From: an uncultured Nitrososphaeraceae archaeon
GTDB lineage: Archaea; Thermoproteota; Nitrososphaeria; Nitrososphaerales; Nitrososphaeraceae
DNA length: 64,000 nt
NCBI GenBank assembly: GCA_963765895.1
Contig: CAVXZB010000087.1
Coordinates: forward strand, 32,001 to 96,000
Direction of reading: 5' to 3'
In this document: piece after piece, positions 57,452 through 64,000 of the stretch
How positions within the stretch are numbered: the first letter of the stretch is position 1
Layout of the letters: each line of letters begins with the position of its first letter
Made by a program: the position numbers and the translations under genes
Notes under the pieces: model-generated
The model's input: only the letters and a program-made list of their open reading frames with translations
The model's database searches: none
What the model was told of the DNA's origin: nothing

Positions 57452-57705
57452 GCTATGATATTAGAATTTAGAATATTTAAGCAAAGTACTATATCTAGTT
57501 AGCTAGTCACAGGCAACAATGATTTGCCCTGATGAAAAATTCAGCAATAGATGTAATATATTAGTAACAATATGATGAAACTAGATAGTGGCAGCTGTAA
57601 ATAGCAGAGCTAGCGTATCTTATGATACCGCCTTGATAAGACAATATAATGATAATATTAAAGAGTATTCTCCTAATTTGACAATTTATGATTTCACGAC
57701 TACTT

Positions 57706-58155
57706 TTAAGTATTTGGAGAATTCACACCAATTTGCTTTAACATTTCTACCTGGTCATAATACAACCTCTCTTCTAAAATTTTTCTATTCTGCCAGTAGG
57801 CAACAGTACAAAACTCCAAATGAAATTTCTTGTTAGTAGGTTGAATCATTTTCCCGTCAAGGCCCTTCATTGCACCTTTAAATGTCCCTGCGAAATCTGC
57901 TACTGAGCAAGTATAGTCGCCTTCTGCAAATAATATTTTATAAGGATCGTTGGCAAGATGATTGTCTGGAAACATTTTGAAAAACTCTATGGATTCTTCG
58001 CGATGGTTTTGTACTCCTCTTGTAGGATCCGCTTGACCGGGCCAGAATACTGCAACATTATCAGCATGCCGTTCGTTGAAAGTATCCCAGTCTTGGGAAT
58101 TCCAAGCATTATCTAAAGTTTTCATTAACTCTTTATTTATCTCTTGGATGCTCAT
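57706..58155 (-). CDS. SnoaL-like ester cyclase (NTF2 fold)
   Basis: DNAWNSQDW, FPDNHL, GTFKG, PTNKKF, EERLYYD. Confidence 0.88.
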   Translation of the reverse strand: MSIQEINKELMKTLDNAWNSQDWDTFNERHADNVAVFWPGQADPTRGVQNHREESIEFFKMFPDNHLANDPYKILFAEGDYTCSVADFAGTFKGAMKGLDGKMIQPTNKKFHLEFCTVAYWQNRKILEERLYYDQVEMLKQIGVNSPNT

Positions 58156-58378
58156 GTTCTAGTAAATAAGCAACATTAATTGATATAAAGAGTTTAATCG
58201 TTGGCCCTGTTAACTGTTAGTTCATTTGTTGATAAATCAAAGTAAAGGCAGAGTATATTCTGTTGCAGCCGCTATATCAGCAATCGTATTCATTGGTATT
58301 GCTTTCCTATCACTTCTATTATAGATGGTTTCTCAAATACGCAATCGGGAGCATAACACGACTTTTAGCAAACTGTTT

Positions 58379-59717
58379 CTAGAAGACATTCACGGCCGGC
58401 AGATAGGCTAGGGCTGCTGAAGTAAGAGCTCGCACTCCAGTCAGAAGCGTAGATTCTGGCACCGGTGCGAATGTGGGCTGATGGTTAGAAGGTAGATATG
58501 ACATTTTAGCTATGAGGGTTTGACCAGGGGCGGCATTATAGAGCTCCTGGGAATGGCCGCCAAATATCCAGTAGCAGTACGGAATTGGTTCTCCTTCGTA
58601 GTGGTGGCGACCTGGAAGGCCGAATTGTGAAAAATCCTCGCTGAACATCAAAGTGGGCAGTTCGACTATGTGCTCAGGGCCAAGCAATGCTGTATGAACA
58701 GCACTAATACGCTGGTCAATCAGCTCGTTGTTACTAGTTAAGGGAACCGAATCTGATGTGGTAATCTCAGGTGGTTTGGGAGCACGAAAGGCCTGTGCTT
58801 CTGCGTCTGCTATCCTGCGTATAGAATCGATGATCTGTTGCTGGACAACTGTACTTTGTGTACGTAAGTTTATACCTATATGCGCTTCTTCAGGAATAAC
58901 GTTGTGTTTCACACCAGCATTGACAAATCCTACCGTTATGACTGCTGGTACGTCTCCTGCAAGCTCACGAGAACGGATTGTTTGTAATTTCATAATTAGG
59001 GAAGAAGCCATGACTACAGGATCTATGGTTACTTGTGGTGAGGAACCATGTCCGCCTCTACCGAATAGTCCTCACATCAATATTAATTGACGCACCCATG
59101 ATTATTCCAGAATTATGTCCTAACATGTCAGAGGCAAGTGGTAAAACATGTTGGCCTAGACATATGTCAGGTCGTGGGAATTTAGTAAATAATCCATCAC
59201 GCAGCATTGCCTCTGCTCCTTGCCCTGTCTCCTCGGCTGGCTGAGCGCAAATAAATGCTGTACCCCGCCATGCTTCGCGTTCCTTGGACAGAATCTCTGC
59301 TGTAGCAATTAAACATGCCATATGCATATCATGACCGCAAGCGTGCATAATTGGCACTGAGCTTCCGTCCGACAAGGTTCCGATTGCTGTACTCGCGTAA
59401 TCTAATCCGGTCCGCTCTTTTATGGGAAGTGCATCCATGTCTCCTCGAAGCATCACAACTGGACCAACACCATTATCGAGCAGTCCTACCACTCCTGTAT
59501 GTCCGACACCTTCGGTCACCTCATAGCCTGCGTTACGAAGCCGCCTAGCAAAGATCTCAGCGGTTCGATGCTCTTGCATCGAAAGTTCAGGGTGCTTGTG
59601 CAAGTCAATGTATAATTCATTCAAGTCTGGTAGACGATCCTCTAGATCAGCAAGAACACGAGCAGCCCGTCTGCTAACAACTTCAATCGATTCTTTGGCA
59701 GATGACTGAATAGTCAT
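58379..59717 (-). CDS. M20D amidohydrolase (hippurate hydrolase-like; +1 frameshift at ~59070)
   Basis: HKHPELS, LRGDMDALP, MHACGHDMH, QPAEE, GRGGHGS.P, NVIP, SEDF, NHQP.F. Confidence 0.92.
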
Positions 59718-60240
59718 ATCAAGGAATTCCTCAGTTTGAATACTGAATGGTCTAGAATTGTAGTGATTAGTTGGATCTCGTATACCAATACCAATACCTA
59801 GTTCATGCTAGAATAGTAGTTAAGCTTATGCCGCGTTATGTGACTGACTTAATATGTTAAAATTACAATCATCTTGAATTCAGATACTGTGATTCGATAT
59901 CATGTTACCCTGAGAAATCTGTAATATAAAATTTATACAATGCCCGTAACCCGCAGCAAGATGGTGAAAGGAGGAGTGCCAAAAAGCATCTCGTCAAGAG
60001 TATAATGGCTAGTGTCAGAGAGAATATCAAAAAAGGAGATAACTAGCAGGAAAGATGCTGAGAGAGTAGTATTACAAAGATAACTTGGTAATAATATCTA
60101 TGATGGATCCATCATTGCATCCATCTGTTGTTGCTAGCATGATAGATGAAAATTCTACCACTAGTAATTTCTCTAAGGATTCTGCTATCCAGTTTTAACA
60201 TGAAATTGGGATTAACTTGTCTATTTTGAGTAATTTTGGT

Positions 60241-60426
60241 CTACAGTTTACTTATAGTTTGGCATAAGAAATTGGCAGGAATTCCATTAAGGTAGATGTC
60301 CTCTGACTTTACACTATGAACTTTCATAGCATGCTCCGCACCATTTTTCAAAATCTCCTCTTCTGTCTCGCCATTGATAATATAATCACAGTCTAGTCCT
60401 GTCTCACGACATCGTAATGTTAACAT
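60241..60426 (-). CDS. DUF1059-like small metal-binding protein
   Basis: LRCRETGLDCDYIINGETEEEIL...EHA..VH. Confidence 0.85.
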   Translation of the reverse strand: MLTLRCRETGLDCDYIINGETEEEILKNGAEHAMKVHSVKSEDIYLNGIPANFLCQTISKL

Positions 60427-61038
60427 ATCTAATTCATCAATAGATCATACTTCGGAAGTATATAGGGGATCCTTCGAAGATTACCTAGAGACTGAACTTA
60501 ATATACTCTGAGGTTCAATAATTGGTTTAGACAATAACTATATCTTCATCTATAACTATATGTACATACATTTATGGCAGATCTACCTTATATGTATGCC
60601 ATAGTCACAGGAGTCTTTGTAGTATTTACGGCAATTTTATTTGGGGCTAGGGCAAAAAGGCTCTCGGGCAGACCAATTGGGGAACGTGAAGAAAAAAGTA
60701 GGGAAGGAGCTCCAATTTAGGCTTAAATTGAATGTAATTGTTACTGCTATCAGGCGTTGGTTGGAAGTCGCTATACAATTCTCTTTTACGCACCAACCTG
60801 TATTACACAGTGTAGTTATCAAATGAGGCCATAAAATATTGTTTGCTGAGTTTGACCTAGTCATCTTACCTTATAAATTATAGTGTAGTGTGACTGGGTT
60901 TTTAAAGACCTAGTCAATATATCTAAAATCTGTGATATGATGTTATATGTATATCATAACGCAAGAACAGGAACGCTTTGTAAAGAATAATGGATTTGCA
61001 ATCCTAAGCAAAAACGAAAAAGGAGTGGGTCTAACTAT

Positions 61039-61977
61039 CTGATACCAATAGGAGAAGATATAATTGTTAACGCGGTAGAAGCAGTCAGCAAGAGCATCGT
61101 AAACATCGCCAGTACAAGATTATTACAAGATCATCTATTCAGGGTTTTTCCTGTTGAAGGTGTTGGCTCCGGTGTAATAATCGATAATCGATGTCATGTA
61201 TTAACTAATAACCATGTCGTTGATGACGCTCAGAGACTAAAAATCACTTTACCTGATGGGAGAATATTTGGGGGAAATATAATAGGTACAGATGAGATGA
61301 CAGATTTGGCTGTGGTAAGACTTGACTCTACAGAAACCCTGCCATTTGCTGAACTAGGAGATTCCGATGATTTGAAAATTGGACAAGTAGCTATTGCAAT
61401 AGGTAACCCATTTGGTTTGACAGGGGGACCAACCGTGACAGCCGGAATAGTTAGCTCCTTAAACAGAAGTATTCAGATTGAAAATGGCGTTCTTGAATTA
61501 ATCCAAACAGATGCGGCTATAAACCCCGGTAACTCGGGTGGACCTCTTGTAAACACTAAGGGTCACGTCATAGGAATTAATACTGCTAAAATGCCTTATG
61601 CACAAGGCATTGGATTCGCAGTACCGATCAATAATGCTAAATCAATTGTAAGCGATCTCATAGAGCATGGACGAGTTACTAACAGACCATGGATAGGAAT
61701 AGTATCTATTAAAATAACAAAGCAGCTAGTCCAATACTATATGCTGCCGGTAGATGAGGGAGTTTTGATAGCACAGGTAGAGCCACGTAGTCCGGCATAC
61801 TACGCCGGACTAAGAAAAGGTGATATTATTGAAGAAGTATGCGGTAAGAAGATAAATGATCCTTCGCAGATCTCATCGCTTGTTCGAAAAAAGCATATAC
61901 ACGAAGAATTATTGGTAATCGTTAACCGATATGGCAGAAGATTTGAAAGTTCGATTGAGCTTCAAGCCCATCCCTAA
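61039..61977 (+). CDS. HtrA/DegP-like serine protease with PDZ domain
   Basis: Frame is open upstream of ATG 61297 and contains GSGVII..TNNHVV (His); DLAVV (Asp), QTDAAINPGNSGGPL (Ser), PDZ SPA..AGL..GDII; start at CTG 61039 inferred. Confidence 0.9.
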   Translation: MIPIGEDIIVNAVEAVSKSIVNIASTRLLQDHLFRVFPVEGVGSGVIIDNRCHVLTNNHVVDDAQRLKITLPDGRIFGGNIIGTDEMTDLAVVRLDSTETLPFAELGDSDDLKIGQVAIAIGNPFGLTGGPTVTAGIVSSLNRSIQIENGVLELIQTDAAINPGNSGGPLVNTKGHVIGINTAKMPYAQGIGFAVPINNAKSIVSDLIEHGRVTNRPWIGIVSIKITKQLVQYYMLPVDEGVLIAQVEPRSPAYYAGLRKGDIIEEVCGKKINDPSQISSLVRKKHIHEELLVIVNRYGRRFESSIELQAHP

Positions 61978-62337
61978 TCTTCCTGTAATGAATTTCGTAG
62001 GAACAATAACTTACAGTATGAAGGGTTCTGAATGAATTGCATTATGTTGAAACAGGTGGCCGAGTTTTGAACATTAGAATATCTAGGTAAATTTCTGCCC
62101 ACTTAATACGGTATTTCATACTAATTAAGTTAGCAGCTACTACTGTGCTTAATTATTTACATAATAGTATTGGCTGGTCCTAAATTTATGAAATAAGGCT
62201 ACGCAAAATATCTCTAGCGATAAGAAGCTTGCAATTATGCAAGCTATATGATGCACATCTAACATAATTCTGGAATGATCTATAAGACTAGCCACAATAT
62301 TGATACTCACACAACTGTTTTAGATTACTACCGTGAG

Positions 62338-62358
62338 GGAGTGACTCTGAGTCACTCC
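62338..62358. promoter_or_regulatory. Perfect palindrome upstream of the C2H2 gene
   Basis: GGAGTGACTC-T-GAGTCACTCC, 26 bp before ATG 62385. Confidence 0.55.
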
Positions 62359-62384
62359 TTAGTCGGAATCCTTTTAAGGCAATA

Positions 62385-62951
62385 ATGTCAAGTTATATAC
62401 AGAAGATGGGTAGAGCACGCTATGTCTGTAGTGGCTGCAGGAAAGATTTCACCAGGATGTGGAACGCTACTCGTCATAAAATCAATCAACACCAAGGCCT
62501 GACAGAAATAGTCCCTCTGGGTGAATCTTTGCTTAGACAAAGGGAGCATCTCAATTTTCTATCTCCTAGACTGTCTCGCAGCAGGGATGAACAGCTCACA
62601 AATTCTGGAAATAATACTATAACTGAGGATGGAGATCCGGGGGAAAACTTGCTGAACAATACCCTATCCAAATTAGCACCTAAGGTTGAAGAATTAGATC
62701 AGCTACTATCGAGAGACTATTCTGCGGATTTAATACAGAAAATTGAGGGTAGCATTATAATAAAGGCATTAGCTTCACCAGATCCTGTCAAAAACTTTAA
62801 TGAAACAATAAGCGGCATTCGAAGGGGCGTGAGAAGCGGCAGGATGATAAAGCAGGCAGCTTTATATCTTGGCGTTTCACCCATGCATGCTGAAAGAATC
62901 CTCAGATGCCTTCTGTCCATGTCGCGTGGGCCAGAATTGATGGGATCGTGA
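62385..62951 (+). CDS. C2H2-type zinc-finger protein
   Basis: YVCSGCRKDFTRMWNATRHKINQH (C-x2-C-x12-H-x4-H). Confidence 0.8.
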   Translation: MSSYIQKMGRARYVCSGCRKDFTRMWNATRHKINQHQGLTEIVPLGESLLRQREHLNFLSPRLSRSRDEQLTNSGNNTITEDGDPGENLLNNTLSKLAPKVEELDQLLSRDYSADLIQKIEGSIIIKALASPDPVKNFNETISGIRRGVRSGRMIKQAALYLGVSPMHAERILRCLLSMSRGPELMGS

Positions 62952-63706
62952 TGAAGATATGTTTTATCAAAAGTATTTGAGATATGGTGTGTATGCATTC
63001 CAATCTGTCATGCTGCAATGCTGATCTGAGTGACGTTTGCGGGTTAAGGAATTATTAAGGATATATCGATAATTTCTATTAAAGAATTATCCGCAGCTGA
63101 ATCTCGATATATGATGGAACAAGCAGTGTGAGTTTGTAAAATGGTAAATACATACAACGATTGGTATGTCTTTCCTCCAGAGATTGGATCTTTCGGTATG
63201 TGTTATGTATTTATTCATAATATCTCCAGAAATCTGATATATTTGTTCAATACCTAGCCTATTCGACAATAAGTAGACAATTAGAAAACACTTGCCAGTG
63301 GCATACTCGCATATAGTTCTTAGGCATATAGCGTAATGATGCAGTCGTTTTGCAAAATAGTCTTGTCTATCGCAGTTCAGCCAGCAAATGTTGTCCGATA
63401 TTCACTTTAGTAACTCAATATCGCCACTGTGCCTGTAAGCAAAAACCGATCTTCTTTTCATGGTTAAAAAGGAGTTGTAACTCGGTTTTACTACAACATC
63501 TAGTTCAGCAGATCTTGTCAATTAGTCTGTATATGATCTAATGATCTAAAGAGGTATCATATATAGAGGAAATCTTGGTAATTAGATTGTATGTTAAGTC
63601 ATTTTATATTGCTCTGTCATCATAGTTAGAAGTTTCGCTAGTATCATTTACATCTACTTTCACTAATTCATGAACCACTTATACCATTATCTAGCGCTGA
63701 GATTCA

Positions 63707-64000
63707 TTAATCTAGGAAAACAGTTTGCAGATCTTCATTTAATGAATCCAAAATGGTCATATCCTCTATTTTAAGATCAAAATCAAATACTTCAGTATTT
63801 TGTTTAATACGATCCTTATGGATAGATTTTGGAATTACAACCAATCCATGTTGTAGGCTCCAGCGTATGAGTATTTGTGCAGGTGTTTTTTCGTATTTCT
63901 TTGCTAATTTCACTATATTTGGATCTTCTAGTCTCTTTGCTCTTGTTAGCGGACTGTATGCCTCAAGTTGAATTCCCTTATTCTCACAGAAATGTAACAG
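63707..64000 (-). CDS. Aldo/keto reductase, C-terminal part (runs off window end)
   Basis: EAYSPL, KTPAQILIRWSLQ, VIPKS..RI..N..VFDF. Confidence 0.9.
   Translation of the reverse strand: MLHFCENKGIQLEAYSPLTRAKRLEDPNIVKLAKKYEKTPAQILIRWSLQHGLVVIPKSIHKDRIKQNTEVFDFDLKIEDMTILDSLNEDLQTVFLD

Overview
AT-rich archaeal chromosomal segment. Gene content (RadA, TFB, TruD/Pus7, XPB, AbrB-PhoU regulator, a cupredoxin, many small Zn-finger and secreted proteins) points to a soil ammonia-oxidising archaeon (Nitrososphaeraceae-like; inferred from gene families, no rRNA in window). The left part (1-27 kb) is mostly housekeeping: radA-truD, a CUT1 sugar ABC transporter, pstSCAB-phoU, tfb, tRNA-Gly(CCC), xpb. 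The right part (27-64 kb) is accessory and partly decayed. Main candidates for new biology: (i) a protease-conflict-like locus with an intact Pepco/Trypco-like small gene, a second decayed paralog directly upstream of a membrane-anchored caspase carrying tandem Ig-like domains, a 7x PKD surface protein and a possible CHAT remnant; (ii) a CarH-like (W-x9-EH) cobalamin sensor with a non-MerR N-terminal domain and a shared candidate operator; (iii) a ribbon-helix-helix gene with a phased 8-bp array; (iv) phased ATAG boxes in the phosphate regulon. About 15 single-base frameshifts split otherwise intact genes. Nine of them fall at GCWGC or GTAC, which suggests methylation-linked base-calling errors rather than true pseudogenes. 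All product calls are from motif recognition only; no database search was run.
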